From Chloropicon primus (Eukaryota), in contig CP060766.1 in the NCBI GenBank assembly GCA_023205875.1, positions 496,001 through 560,000 of the forward strand: 64,000 bases of DNA, written 5' to 3'. Of the stretch, positions 44,712 to 56,419 are shown one piece after another. The translations under genes were made by a program, and so were the position numbers. The notes under the pieces are model-generated. The model searched no databases, was not told the origin of the DNA, and saw nothing but the letters and a program-made list of their open reading frames with translations. The stretch's first letter is position 1; each line of letters starts with the position of its first letter.

Positions 44712-45839
44712 TCAGCTGGTCTGGACGCCGGAGGAGGATGCATCGGTGAAGGAGGTGGAAACCACCACGGCGGCACCACCGTCGTTCTTGGGGGCGTGTG
44801 GGTCTTCCAAGATGGGGAAGCTCGAGCAAGTGGCGATTCCGCACATATTTCTTCCAATCGGGCCCATCCGAAAGTAGCCGTCCATTCCCCACTGCGCGCC
44901 CCAAGAGTTCTTGATGATCCAGTAGTGATCCTTGTGGTAGCCCACGGCGAGCACGGCGTGGTTCACTGTCGTCGCACTTCTGCGGCATTCGTTAGAAGTA
45001 TACGTCCCGTTCTTGTAGAACCTGAAATCGGAGACGACTTCAAAGGCGATCGACACGGGCTTGATGTTTCCAACGGCGTGCTGAAGCATCTTTTCGTCCC
45101 CCTCCGTGATGTTCACCACGTCCTTGACGAAAACCGCAGCAGCGTCTGGCTTGTAGTGACACTCTGTTCCGTTCCTTCCCTCGTAGGGGTACGCGGCTTC
45201 CAAGTCCAGCCCGCCGTTGTACCTGATGTACTCAAAGGCGTGCGAGGGAAGCCCTCCGCTGCAGCCGTGGTTGTCGAAGGCTTGCGCGCAGTCGACCAGC
45301 TGCTGCTCACTGAGGGACAATATGCTGCCAAACTCCAGAGCGTACGCGGCCTCCAAGGCACCGGTGGTGGAGAAGCTCCAGCACGAACCGCAGTGGCCTT
45401 GGTTCTTCACGGGGCTCACCACGCCCTTCTCCCTCCAGTCCTGGCTCTCCGGGTGGTGGTGCCTCAGCATAGGCTCGTGCCTCTCGCTCAGCGTCGCGCT
45501 GCAGTCGGCCTGAGGCTCGGACAACCTCACGGAGAACTCCTCCCAGGTCTCGTCCGCGAACTCGTTCACCTCCGAGTAAAACGCATTCCTCGCGTTCGAG
45601 TCCTCAATCTCCTTGAGGTTCTGGGCAAACACCTCAAGACGATACGCAAGCTCGGCCTCGTCGTTGAGGTAGCTCCTCTTGTGCTTCAACACGAAAGCAT
45701 TGAACTGATCCACCACCTCAGGCGCGTGCTTGGTGACCCGCCCGAGCTTCCTCGCTTCCACGGAGGAGGATGCAAGCACCACCGAACACACAACCGCAAG
45801 AAGAAGAACAAGTCGAACAAGTCTCATCCTCCCGTCCAT
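44712..45839 (-). CDS. Papain-family cysteine protease, cathepsin H/aleurain-like
   Basis: Signal peptide, I29 propeptide, QGHCGSCWSFS, GCSGGLPSHAFEYI, NHAVLAVGY, KNSWG. Confidence 0.93.
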   Translation of the reverse strand: MDGRMRLVRLVLLLAVVCSVVLASSSVEARKLGRVTKHAPEVVDQFNAFVLKHKRSYLNDEAELAYRLEVFAQNLKEIEDSNARNAFYSEVNEFADETWEEFSVRLSEPQADCSATLSERHEPMLRHHHPESQDWREKGVVSPVKNQGHCGSCWSFSTTGALEAAYALEFGSILSLSEQQLVDCAQAFDNHGCSGGLPSHAFEYIRYNGGLDLEAAYPYEGRNGTECHYKPDAAAVFVKDVVNITEGDEKMLQHAVGNIKPVSIAFEVVSDFRFYKNGTYTSNECRRSATTVNHAVLAVGYHKDHYWIIKNSWGAQWGMDGYFRMGPIGRNMCGIATCSSFPILEDPHAPKNDGGAAVVVSTSFTDASSSGVQTS

Positions 45840-46335
45840 CTGTCCGCCGAGAGAAAGGAACCATCCATGACGACGACGAGGACAACAGCGACAACGAGGA
45901 GGAAGCTGGTCAGTCCTGCGTCCCTTTCTTCACGGCAAATGACAAGGAAAAGCGATGCACAACCACCTATGCATCCAACCATTCCAACTTTGACGACAAA
46001 CAATGGTCTTGCAAATTCTCGCCAAGACGTCGTCGCTTTCGAGGGAGGGTTCTTTGGAAAGCCCAAGACACGAGGGTTCCGTCTGGCCCAACCCCTCTCC
46101 CTCTCCGACGACGCCCGCCCTCTCCCTCCGTCGCCGACGCACGCACTCACTCACCTCTCTAGCACCACGTCGATTTACAATATGATGGCGGAGACCAGGA
46201 GCCAAGGCGTGATTAGCGTGAGTCACTCCAAAGGTAACGCCTGATCGAGGCGATGGAGGACGGGATCAGTTGCGGATGAACCCCTGGCGACCACGAATGA
46301 GGGTGAGGAGGAGCACTGCAAGCCAGCACAACGCC

Positions 46336-46758
46336 ATGGATTGTCCGAGTTCCGGGAGTTGCAGTTACGAGGAACCCTTGAAGGCGACGACGACGACGAC
46401 GACGATGCCTGATCAGGATCAGGACCATCGTCCTCGCCCTTTGATGACGAGGACGAAGAGTTGCAGCGAGCACGGGACTTCTCTGAGGTTGCTGCTGAAG
46501 CACAAGTCATTCAGGGAGGACGACGTGAGGAAGCTGGTGGACTACGAGATGCTGAGGGAGGACGTGGATGCGCGAGCGGAGGCGAAGAGGAACGCAGGCC
46601 TCGTGGACAAGGTCGGCAACTGGTTCGGGGATGCCCTGTTCAAGTTCCAGGTTATGAGCGGGACTTACGCCCTGGCGCGTTCCGAGAAGCTAGCGGTGAA
46701 CGCGGCGGCCGCGTCGGTTCTCGCCCTTGCCCTTGCCGTGCACTTCTACGGTGCCTGA
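46336..46758 (+). CDS. Small membrane protein with C-terminus resembling the serine palmitoyltransferase small subunit; start uncertain
   Basis: FKFQVMSGTYALARSEKLAVN followed by a hydrophobic helix resembles the ssSPT Y.....LYML..WE...FN pattern. Confidence 0.45.
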   Translation: MDCPSSGSCSYEEPLKATTTTTTMPDQDQDHRPRPLMTRTKSCSEHGTSLRLLLKHKSFREDDVRKLVDYEMLREDVDARAEAKRNAGLVDKVGNWFGDALFKFQVMSGTYALARSEKLAVNAAAASVLALALAVHFYGA

Positions 46759-46893
46759 GGCCCCTCTTCCCAGCCGGATCGGTACGACAACAACAGAAGC
46801 CCTGTGGGCATTCCCCTTCAAAAGAAAAAAAAGGTGTTTATATTATTATTGTATTTACAACGCGCGTCGTCTCCTGATCCGCGTGTGTCCCGC

Positions 46894-49793
46894 TCACTCG
46901 CTGTTCACAATGTCGAGGTACTCGGTGACAAGTCTCTGCATGCTCCTTACGCTGGCAATGGCGGAAAGTATGCTCTTCATCTTCTTCCTGTCCGACTGCA
47001 AAAACTTGTCCAATATCTCCCGAAGCTTGCCTTGGTCGCCCTCCTGCGCGAGGAACTTGACGAGCTTGCACCACCAGTCCACCTCCGTCGCTTCGTCCCC
47101 CAGCGACTCGGCCGCCTGGGACATGAACTCCAAGTGCCTCCCCGTGGCCCTCCTCTGCTCGGCTGCCGTGACCATGTTCAAAGTCCTGGCCGCGGCTCCT
47201 CCCGCCGACCTCGCCATCTGGGCCTGGGCCTGGGTCTGCAAGGTGTTCAACTCCTCCCCGCAACCCCCGGGGGACAGGGCGCTTCCTCCGAGCTGAGTGA
47301 TGCCGCTGGCAAACTCGCTGTAAAGGTGAGATCCATCGGCGACGCGGACCCAAGTCGAGAACTTTGAGCTGTAAACCAGGGCGTGGTTGCTGTCCAGCAC
47401 CACCAACGGCAGCCCTTTCTCGCTCAGTCTGACCAGCTTCACTCTGTAGCTCCCCTCCCCCAGGGCGACGGGGACCACGTCGGACTGCAGCTTGCACACC
47501 TCTCGCTCGAGGTCCCAGCACCAGAGCTTCCCGTCCGTGGTCACCGCCAGGAGAATCAAAGCCCCCATGAGGTCACCTTCGCCTCCGGCAACCCTTTTCA
47601 TTTCCATGAATGCCAGCGGCGATCCCAACGAAAGCGGGGGCCACATCCTCCTTCCCTGCTTCGAGTACACTTGGAGGATTCCCCTGCCCAGCCCAAGAGC
47701 GAGGTATTCCTCGCAACCGCTCACGACGTCCACAGTGTTGCCCAGGTGCTTGTCCGACCACAAGCAACTCGTGCTCTCGAGGCACTGGACGGTCGCGGAG
47801 ATCCTGAGCTCCTTGGGGACGCCCGCAATGTCCTTCTCCGTGTTCTGCACCTCGCAGATGCGATTCTGTGATACCTTCACGCTCAACCTTGGACGAGTCT
47901 CCTTGCAAGCTGGGGGGATGATCACGGGCCGAGCTTTAGCCGCTGCTGCTGCAAAGGCTTCCTGATCAAAGCGGAAACTGGAGCTCGACCTTGGCTTGTC
48001 CCTCGACCCTGGGGGCACGGCGACCTTTGCCTTCTTTGCCACCTTCTTGGGGCTCGCGGGGACAGCGGCGCTGTTGCTCGGCCCCAATCTCTGCGTCTGG
48101 ATTGGCCCTCCCGCGCCCCCGACAGGCACCGGCGCGATCCTCCTCTTCCCGTCGCTGGCCCTGACGGTCTCCGTCTGCACCAAGACGGCAGGCTTGGCGG
48201 GACTGGCGCTCGGCTGTGGAGCAGGGCGCTTCTTTTGGACGGCCTTCTTGGCCTCCGTAGATTTCTTCATCGCGGCGACGGACGTGAGGTCCTCCTCCTG
48301 GAGCTCCATGAGCGCTGGGTCCTCGGCCACGCCCATCCTGTCCAACCGTGCCGTCCCGTAACTGTCCTTCATGATGTCTTGCACCTCCTTGGCCGAAAGC
48401 CTCTCCCCCAGCTCCTTCTCCTCGAAGGAGAACACGGCCACCGTGCCGTCGATGGAGGCGGCAAAGAGAGTGAGCCCGTCGGGGGACCAACAGAGATCCA
48501 CCACGCTCTGATTGAAGAAGGTCTTCGCCACGAGGACGGGCCTCGCCTTCTGAGAGAGCCAGACAGTGACCTTGTTGTCCTGGGCCCCCAGGGCTATGCA
48601 GGAGGCAACGTACGTTTTGCTCTTGTCCTCGTCAGAGACGACCCTAAACAGCCTGGGGTTGAACCTCGAGGCAACGACTGGGCCCTTGTGGCCGACATAG
48701 TCGTGGCTCCTCTCCCAGCTGCCCCTCATGAGAATCGCCGCCGTGTTTTTGGGAGACTGGTACGTGTTCACAGCAGTGATGTGGCTACCGTCCGGGCACC
48801 AGTCCAGTCTGGTGGAGAAGGTGTTCCAGACCGCCTTCTCGAACGGCTCCTTGATGCAGGCGACGGTCTCCCACCCCTCCACCGTCCTCACCACCACGCT
48901 CCTGTCGTCGCTCTGGCTGGCGATGTACTTCCCGACCGGGTCCCAGACAACGCCTTTGACAAAACTGGTGTGCTCCTGCAGCACCGTGAGCACCGTCCCC
49001 CTCAGTGTGTCCCAGATTCGAACCGTGTTGTCCAAGCTGCAGCTGGCCACCATGGAGTCATCCGGACACCAGCCCAAATCCACGACGTTGTTGGAGTGGC
49101 CCGTCAGGGTGTTGCACAGGACCCAGTTCTCCACGTTCTTCACCGCTTGGGAGCCAAACGAGGAGCCGTTCGAGAACTGAATGTTCCTGCTCCCCCCGAC
49201 GATCGCGTTGGAGGGCCTGAGCTCGTGGATCAGAACCAAGTGGTTGTCCCCGCCAGAAGCGACGAACCTCCCGCTGTTCGAGAACCTCGCCACGTTCACC
49301 GGGTGCCCCCTGTGGTCCGCCAGGGTCGCCACCCTCTCCACCTTTGTGTTCGTGTACTCCACAGCGGCGCTTCCCACCACGCCGTTGCTCCCGTGACCCC
49401 TCGCACTCCCCTGGCTCCCGTTCTCCGGCAGCATGTTCTCCTTCTCGCCGTTTGCTTGGTCGTCCTTGCTTCCGTTCTGCCCCGCCTCGGCCTTCTTCTT
49501 CAGCCTCTTCTTCTTGTTGTTGTTGTTTCCCCGGAGTTTGCTGAAGATGTGGCCCACCGACCACAACACAACCATCCCGTCCCCTCCAGCAGACGCCAGC
49601 CTGTTCCCATCGGGATGAACATCCACGGAGAAGATCGGCTGCACGCCATCTGCATCACCACCACCAGCAACAGCAACAGCATCGAGAAAGAGAAACGTTT
49701 CAGAGTCAGAGGATGGAAGAGGAGAGAGGGAGGACAGGGAGGAAAAGTTTACTGACCTCCGTGCGTGATCCAGTCAGGCTTGTCAATCAGCAT
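46894..49793 (-). CDS. HIRA: Histone H3.3 chaperone HIRA; exons 49793-49757 and 49649-46894
   Basis: MLIDKPDWITHG, IFSVDVHPDG, VKGVVWDPVGKYIASQSDD, B-domain QTE...DGKRRIAP, Hira C-terminal domain. Confidence 0.93.
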
Positions 49794-50443
49794 GACGACC
49801 ACCAACCACTCCGAAGACCTCGGTAAGTTTCAAAAAAACAAATGGGGAACCCAAACAAAAGAAAAAAAAGAAAAAAGAATCGGAACCCACGTCCTCAAAG
49901 CGTCACGTCGCCTCCACCGTAACGGCAACGCAAGCAAGCGCGGCAGAGAAGAACCAAGAGATCGAAGGGTCTCGTCCTTCCCTTTGTCCTTCCTCGTGAT
50001 CAGTGATCGTGATCGATCGCGATCGATCGCGCGCACTCCCTCGCTCTGGCTCTCCCCGATCGCGATCGTTTTCCTGTTGGCGCGAAAGCGGAGGAGGTCT
50101 AGTTACGAGTGTACGGTACATGCATCCCACGGAAAGGTTTTCGGTCGAAAAACCCAAAGGCCCTCGAGTCAGTTCGAGCCTGTGGAAGGGAAGGGAAAGG
50201 GGTGTGTGGGGTTGGTTTTGAGCAACGAGCAAAGGAGGTTCAAGGTCTAAGCCTGATTGTTTTGGATACTACGCCTCCTGGGCTTTCGATTGATCCATTC
50301 CTTGCGTGATTTGACCGCGTGGACTTTTTTCAGACGACTCGGAGGAGGACGGTTTGTCCACTGAGGTGTGCCACAGGCTTGTGTGTGTACCACCGATACC
50401 GCCCAAAGACGTCTTGTACCATCATTGGATTGGCAGGGACGAG

Positions 50444-51546
50444 ATGTATCAGAGGCCGCAAGCAAACCAGTCGTACTCCGCGTACGACGCGAACAATAAC
50501 TATGCGCCGCTTCCTACCTTTGGAGGACGGGGTGACAAGGCAAAGAAAAGAAAGGTAGGGACGGGACACCACGCCACGCCACACCACAGAGAGAGACGTT
50601 TCTCTGCGGTGAGCGAGAGGAAACACTCGCGTGACGCTCGTCCACTGTCCCAATGACACGCGGGATCCCTCTCTCCCTGGTGCCAGAAACTCTTCCTCGA
50701 CCACTTTGCTGGTTCGTCCTTGCTGACTCTCTTTTTCCTCCCCCTGGTTCTTCTGTGTTCTCGTTTGCTTCTGGGTTGTTGCTGTAACGGCAGGGCTTGC
50801 CGTTATGGGCGAATGGCAAGCTGCTGACGTACGCCCCTCTAGCGATCCTGGCGTTCATCTTGATCTGGGTAATGATCTCTCACTCGCGAACTATCACGGA
50901 CCTCAAGGAGCGCAACCAGCAGCTGCACACGGAGGTGTACAAGAAGGAGAGGAAGGAATCCACCTTGCAGAAGACGGCCCTGTCGTACGAGAGGAGCTTG
51001 CACGACACGCATGCGGAGAAGGCACAGGTCCAGAGCAAGCTCAACGACGCTTTGGACAAGCTGAAGAACCTGGAAGACTTTTTCGAGAGGCACCAGCATG
51101 CCCACAGGCAACACGCCGAGGAGAAGGACCTGTGGGAGAAGGAGAAGAAGTTCCTCCACTCCGAGATCGAGTCCATTAGGGACAACTTCCGTGACACGAG
51201 GCAGATCTCCGAGGAGGCCCAACAGCTTCAGAAGCAGGCCGAGGCGGTAGGAAAGACGGAGGCGAGCAAGGTGAATAACCCTCTCAGCGGTGGCAAGGCC
51301 TCGGGGGACGGCAAGACTGAGGCGGCATCCCAGGAGCCCGCGGCGGCCGAGAGCGATGGGGCGTCCAAGAGAAACCTGGAGTCCACGGAGGATCCTGTTG
51401 AGACAGACGACGGCAACGAAAATGCCAAGGCCGGCAAGGACCTCACCGCTTCGATCATCAAACAGTTCAAGCACCACAGGTTCTCTTATGGGGGAGAGGC
51501 ACAGGCCCAGCAAGCGAACCCTCCTCCGGGTGAGGTGCCGCTCTAG
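50444..51546 (+). CDS. Type II membrane coiled-coil protein of unknown function (Golgi-like architecture); exons 50444-50554 and 50794-51546
   Basis: In-frame intron; short basic N-tail, one TM helix, long coiled coil. Confidence 0.65.
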
Positions 51547-51657
51547 ACAGACAGACGCAGCATAGTTTCTTATCATTACATAAAACATAACCAAACAACA
51601 TTAATATACACAAAGATAATAGATAAACCGAAGCGCCAAACGGCCTTTGGGCGTCCC

Positions 51658-52773
51658 TCAGAAGGATCTGCTCTCCAAGATGAAAGGCGCGAAGAGGGTC
51701 CACACGTAGAGAAGGGCGGTGCCCCACTGAACCGCGATCTTGATCCACACGGAAGTCCAGCCAATATCGAAGGTGCCCTTCCCCTGGTGCTTGTCGATGT
51801 CCCAGCCGGTGAGCAGCATGCCCATGTAAGCGCTGGAAAGCACGAACACAAAGTGGGAGATTGCCGGCGAGAAGACGCTGTCCCCGTCGCCGCTGCTGAG
51901 GGAGAAGGCCTCCTGATCTCTCGCCGAGTTGAGGCAGCAAACGGAGACCACCAGAACCATGAAAACCAGCGAGATGATTGTCGTCCAATCGTTGTTGGCT
52001 TTGGGGTAAACTTCTTGCACGCACGTCTCCGGCATCGACGATGCCGCAGACCAGAGCAGGTACACGCAGTACCCGAAGCAGAAGGCCGCGCTGAGCAAGC
52101 CAGCCGACTCGCTCCTGAATTTCGAGACCGACAGGAGTGTCACCAGGACCCCCATCGCGAGGGTCACCGTGGTGACAATCACGTTGAAGTCACACCCGCT
52201 AAAGTAGTGGTACGCGAGGCCAACCGCCACGAGGGACGCGGAGTAGATGCTCAAGGTGACCGAGACCAGGAGCGGGACCCAGCCCCCTTCATGGTCTTCC
52301 GCTTTCGAGACCCACCACTCGTTCCACTTGTAGAACAGCTCCAGCATCTGTATGCTTTGAAAGATGAGGAACAGGACCCCAAGAACGCGAGCAGCTTGTG
52401 CGTAGTCACTGATGGACTCGTTGGGCAGGGTGAAGCACACGAATACGAGGCCCAGCAGTCCCAGGTACTTGAGGAAGAAGAAGTGCTTGTCGAAGAAGTC
52501 CCTCGGCCCTCCGCTGTCTGCCTTGAAAGCCATCCCAAAGCAGATGCTGAAGAATATCACCAGCGACAGGGAGAGCCTGAACACTGCCTCCTTCCCATAA
52601 CACACGTCAGAGGACGACCCCTCGGGGACATCGTCGCAGTGCTGGAGCGCTGGTATGTGCCTCAGAAGCGGAGCCCCATAGTCCCTCAGCACCCAACTCA
52701 GTATCGAAAACTTGAAGAAGTACCCAAAGTAAGACCAGACCCTCTTCTGGTCCTCCTCCAATGTGAAGCCCAT
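51658..52773 (-). CDS. Serine incorporator (SERINC/TMS family)
   Basis: CYGKEAVFRLS, LIFQSIQML, SAGLLSA, HFVFVLSSAYMGMLLTGW, VWIKIAVQW..LYVWTLFAP....R.F. Confidence 0.9.
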   Translation of the reverse strand: MGFTLEEDQKRVWSYFGYFFKFSILSWVLRDYGAPLLRHIPALQHCDDVPEGSSSDVCYGKEAVFRLSLSLVIFFSICFGMAFKADSGGPRDFFDKHFFFLKYLGLLGLVFVCFTLPNESISDYAQAARVLGVLFLIFQSIQMLELFYKWNEWWVSKAEDHEGGWVPLLVSVTLSIYSASLVAVGLAYHYFSGCDFNVIVTTVTLAMGVLVTLLSVSKFRSESAGLLSAAFCFGYCVYLLWSAASSMPETCVQEVYPKANNDWTTIISLVFMVLVVSVCCLNSARDQEAFSLSSGDGDSVFSPAISHFVFVLSSAYMGMLLTGWDIDKHQGKGTFDIGWTSVWIKIAVQWGTALLYVWTLFAPFILESRSF

Positions 52774-53132
52774 GGGACTCGCTCAACTCGTGGCCACACC
52801 TTGCCTTGCCTCTCGTTCCTTCCTCTCAAGTGGACACCACAGGACACTTTGTCTCTCCTCACTCTCAAACGCAGTAAAGACCACGCCTTGGGCCTCTGTT
52901 GGACCACTGGATTGCTTCTGGACCTCACAAGGAGCGAGCCTAAGCCAAGAAATGGATTGTGACGATGCCAAGGCGACCCCAATTGTGTCCTGACTGAACC
53001 TGAGCTCTGCACCTTGGCCTCCCTTGCCCTCCAGTGCTCCATCTCATCTCCCCATCGTACAGTACCAATTCAAAACTATACTCGCAAATTTCACAAAGGA
53101 GAAACAGCCTCGCCTCCTGCAAGGAGGACGAC

Positions 53133-53432
53133 GGAGTGGACCGCAATCAGCGAGGAATTCAGCGACGAGAGCGACAGAGGAAGCGTGTGACAAGGACACC
53201 AAGCGAAATTATGTCTCAAGAGCTTTCGATTGGTACCTTGGTTGACGCCATCGGCAAAGAACTGACGGAGGAGGCTCCGTCTGAAGAAGATTGATTCCTA
53301 GCGGGGGAAGTGGAGGAGTGGAGCGCAATCAGCGAGGAATTCAGCGACGAGGACGGGAGAAGGGCGAAAGGGGGCGTCGTCAGGCGGAATCATCGTCTCG
53401 ATATTGTTCGGTTGGTGCTTTGGTTGACGCAT
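53133..53432 (+). repeat. Diverged tandem dimer (period 182 bp) of the dispersed repeat family
   Basis: 37-bp block at 53133-53169 and 53315-53351 with 1 mismatch; core TCTCAAGAGCTTTCGATTGGTACCT at 53214-53238; TTGGTTGACGC in both units. Confidence 0.8.
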
Positions 53433-53495
53433 TTGGTGGCCTGAAAGGCATTGAGGTTGACCTTTGGGAACATCGGAGAGGGGGGGAAGCAGAGC

Positions 53496-56393
53496 ATGAG
53501 TTCCGTGACGGTGAGGGAGGTGGTGGGGAGGTTGGGCGGAGGGAGCGGGAAGGGGAAGGGCATAGCTTCGCAGAACTTCGGGAAGAAGCCTTCCTCGCGA
53601 CGAAAAACGGTTGAGGTCGGAGACCTTCTCCAGTCGTGCAGAAAAGGCTCGCAGCAGGGCAGCAGAGACCTTGGCTTTGGCCACGGTCACGACAACTTCG
53701 CTGCCGGGTCGACGACGAGCGTGAGCGGGAGCTCGAACAGGCAGGTGGATGTGATGGACAACCATTTGGCCATCGCGGCGAACAGTGGCTTCGCGGTTTA
53801 CGTGCTCAGCCTCCACCAGAACGAGGGAGAAAACAGGGATAGCTTGAGGATATTGTCACGCCACGAGTTCTCGCAGGTGAGGGCGATCCGCTTCGCGAGG
53901 ACAAACTCGGGCGATGGGTTTGGCCTCGCCCTCGTGTCCCTTGTCATCATCCAGGAGGATGGAGAGATAGCAGTGTGGAGCTACAGAACGAAGAGGAGGC
54001 AGGAGGGCTTCATGGACAAGAGCGGTCGAGCGGCCGGGGGGAACGGCACTTGGCAGCTCGTCAGCAGAATCCCGCCGCCCCCGTGCAAGATGGAGCTGAT
54101 CTCCCACGCGATATTGACGATGGACAACATTCTGACGGTGCTGTGCCTGAACCGGGAGGCGGAAGCCCCACAGCAAGACGGGGCCTCCAACCGAGGCAAA
54201 GTCGGGAGAATCGGCAAGTTGGAAGACTTGTTTCCGGTGAAGAGGGCCGTGCTTGAGCGCGTCGACTTGCAGATGTGCGGAAGCATCGAGGAAGACGGCG
54301 GCGGCGATCTTAGCCCCAGGAACAGGAAGAGGGCCACCAGATCAATGCTTGGCGAGATTGCTGGAGCAGACTGCTTGCTGTGCCCTTCGCCGGGCGACCC
54401 CAACACAACGAGTCACTCCTCTCAAGGAGGATCACAGCTGAAGAGAGTAAGGTTCTGGGTCATCTGCAGCAAGCGGAACACGGCGTTCTTGTGGAATTTG
54501 GAGGACATGAGGTGCGTCAGGAAGGTGCCCATGATGCGGAATCCCTCGCACTTGTGCATTCACAATCCGAGCGGAGATTTGTTGTGGGTCACCCAGTCGC
54601 ACGAGCTATGTATTCACAAATGCGAGAGGGAGGAAGGTGGGGAGGGGGGAGCACCAGTCGCGGAAACGGTTAGGCTGCTGAGTCATTTGGATCAAAGCTC
54701 TCTGCGCGACCAGCAAATTGTCACGATGCTCTCCATAGGACCATTTCTTTGGGTTGCATGCACGCCTGACATGAGCAACGCGAGGCAGAACCACAAAAGC
54801 TTGACAGTCTTCGCCTTCCATTCGATGTCTGGCACTTGTGTCGGAAAGCAAACCCTGAAATTGCCTGGGGACGGAGAAGGGGGCGAGGCGGGGGGGAGTT
54901 TGGGCCCCACCTACACCCTTCTCATGCAGGGAAACTCCCTGAGCACGTATCTGGTTAGCGCGGGTGGATTTGATGCCGGGAAGATCTGGAAGTGCCAGCT
55001 CAAGGTTCCTGCCGCCATGTCTAGCGTGGTCGCAAACGTATTGCGCAGACTAAACAGCACGCACAACACTGGGGGAACGACCGAGGGCTCCAAACCCAGC
55101 GCCAAGAATGACCTGAACTTGCTGTCCCACATGATCAAGGGCGAGCTCTCTCAATGGGGAAATGCCCTTCAGCAGCAAAGGAGGGAGGCAGAGCTGGCGC
55201 AAATGGAGCTCATTTCGAGACTTGGAGACGCAAGCGAGATTGAAGAGATTCTGGCCAAGAACCCAGCAGCTCATGCTCTTTTGATACAGTCGAGGGTGCG
55301 TGAGAATGAGCTCGCAAAGATCCTAGCGCCACTGATCAGGAAGGAGGTTGAAAAGAAGGACTCGGTCACTTCCGTGCTGACAAACCCCCAGCACACGATC
55401 GACAAGAGCACGAGAGCGGTCCTGGTGGAATTCCTGGACCAGATAGAGAATCCTCGGGGCGAAGCCAAGCCAGAGGAATGGTGGAGCTCCTCCGTGATTG
55501 TCGTGGGGAGCTCAAGTACGACGTCTTACAACGTTGGAAGACGAGTCAGACTCTGCTTGTACTTCTTTAACGCGCTCCTGAAAACAGTGGTATCGAGGAT
55601 GCCAGAAGAAGGAGAGAGCAGGGCTGTGCAGGAAATCGAAGAGATTTTCTTGTGGTTTGCTGCCCACATCGAGGATGAGAATTCGCTGGAGTCTCTGAAG
55701 GAGAGGACGAAGGAGACCCTCGTCAAGGATTTTGCGAGAGAATTCGCTTTGTTTGGCAGAGACTGCCCCACTTGCGAGGACGAGGATGAGAACCTGTATT
55801 TTGACATTGCCTATGAGATCACCTGCCTCATGCTCTACCTGGTTTTGCCCGACTACCTCGTGGGCTTTGTACTATCGTACGGCCAAACCATGGCAGCGGG
55901 GGGCCAAGGCTCCGCGAACTGCGACACCCAGAACGAGGCAGTTAGGGGATATGCTTTCAGGGCAACTTGCGTGCTGCCTGCTTTGCATATCCAAGGACAC
56001 TATGAGACACCCCCGAGGCCCCTTTTAGAGACCCAGGTGCACAGTCAGGCAAAGCTGATGGTTTGCGCTGGCCACCCCCTCTGCGCACTGCATGTTCTGT
56101 GCAAGCTGGAGTCGGAGGAGGCTAGCGGAGGAGACTGGAAGAGGAGCTTCCAACTCTTAGAGTGGATGAGGAACAGCGGAATCAAGGATGAGCTGCAGGA
56201 CCAGACAAGCATTTTGGTAGAGCACTTTTGTTGCATGCTGTTGAGGAGCAAGCACCAAGAGCTGCGCTCTGAGGCAGGCCTCTTGCTGCAAACCCTTTCG
56301 TCATCAAGGAATCCGGAATCCGGTGACACGACGGTGGTTGAGAGCATCATTCAAGAGTCCATTTCTTCGTTGATAGACATCGTGTTGTATTAA
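53496..56393 (+). CDS. Large hypothetical protein (beta-rich N-half, helical C-half); possibly HPS6-like (BLOC-2)
   Basis: Uninterrupted ~965-codon ORF; C-terminal pattern recalls HPS6 from memory only. Confidence 0.6.
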   Translation: MSSVTVREVVGRLGGGSGKGKGIASQNFGKKPSSRRKTVEVGDLLQSCRKGSQQGSRDLGFGHGHDNFAAGSTTSVSGSSNRQVDVMDNHLAIAANSGFAVYVLSLHQNEGENRDSLRILSRHEFSQVRAIRFARTNSGDGFGLALVSLVIIQEDGEIAVWSYRTKRRQEGFMDKSGRAAGGNGTWQLVSRIPPPPCKMELISHAILTMDNILTVLCLNREAEAPQQDGASNRGKVGRIGKLEDLFPVKRAVLERVDLQMCGSIEEDGGGDLSPRNRKRATRSMLGEIAGADCLLCPSPGDPNTTSHSSQGGSQLKRVRFWVICSKRNTAFLWNLEDMRCVRKVPMMRNPSHLCIHNPSGDLLWVTQSHELCIHKCEREEGGEGGAPVAETVRLLSHLDQSSLRDQQIVTMLSIGPFLWVACTPDMSNARQNHKSLTVFAFHSMSGTCVGKQTLKLPGDGEGGEAGGSLGPTYTLLMQGNSLSTYLVSAGGFDAGKIWKCQLKVPAAMSSVVANVLRRLNSTHNTGGTTEGSKPSAKNDLNLLSHMIKGELSQWGNALQQQRREAELAQMELISRLGDASEIEEILAKNPAAHALLIQSRVRENELAKILAPLIRKEVEKKDSVTSVLTNPQHTIDKSTRAVLVEFLDQIENPRGEAKPEEWWSSSVIVVGSSSTTSYNVGRRVRLCLYFFNALLKTVVSRMPEEGESRAVQEIEEIFLWFAAHIEDENSLESLKERTKETLVKDFAREFALFGRDCPTCEDEDENLYFDIAYEITCLMLYLVLPDYLVGFVLSYGQTMAAGGQGSANCDTQNEAVRGYAFRATCVLPALHIQGHYETPPRPLLETQVHSQAKLMVCAGHPLCALHVLCKLESEEASGGDWKRSFQLLEWMRNSGIKDELQDQTSILVEHFCCMLLRSKHQELRSEAGLLLQTLSSSRNPESGDTTVVESIIQESISSLIDIVLY

Positions 56394-56419
56394 AATATGG
56401 CGGTTCATATCATATCGTG

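Noticed and set aside
46336..52773. ssSPT-like gene and SERINC as a sphingolipid/serine gene cluster
   Set aside because: Separated by unrelated genes, and the ssSPT call is weak
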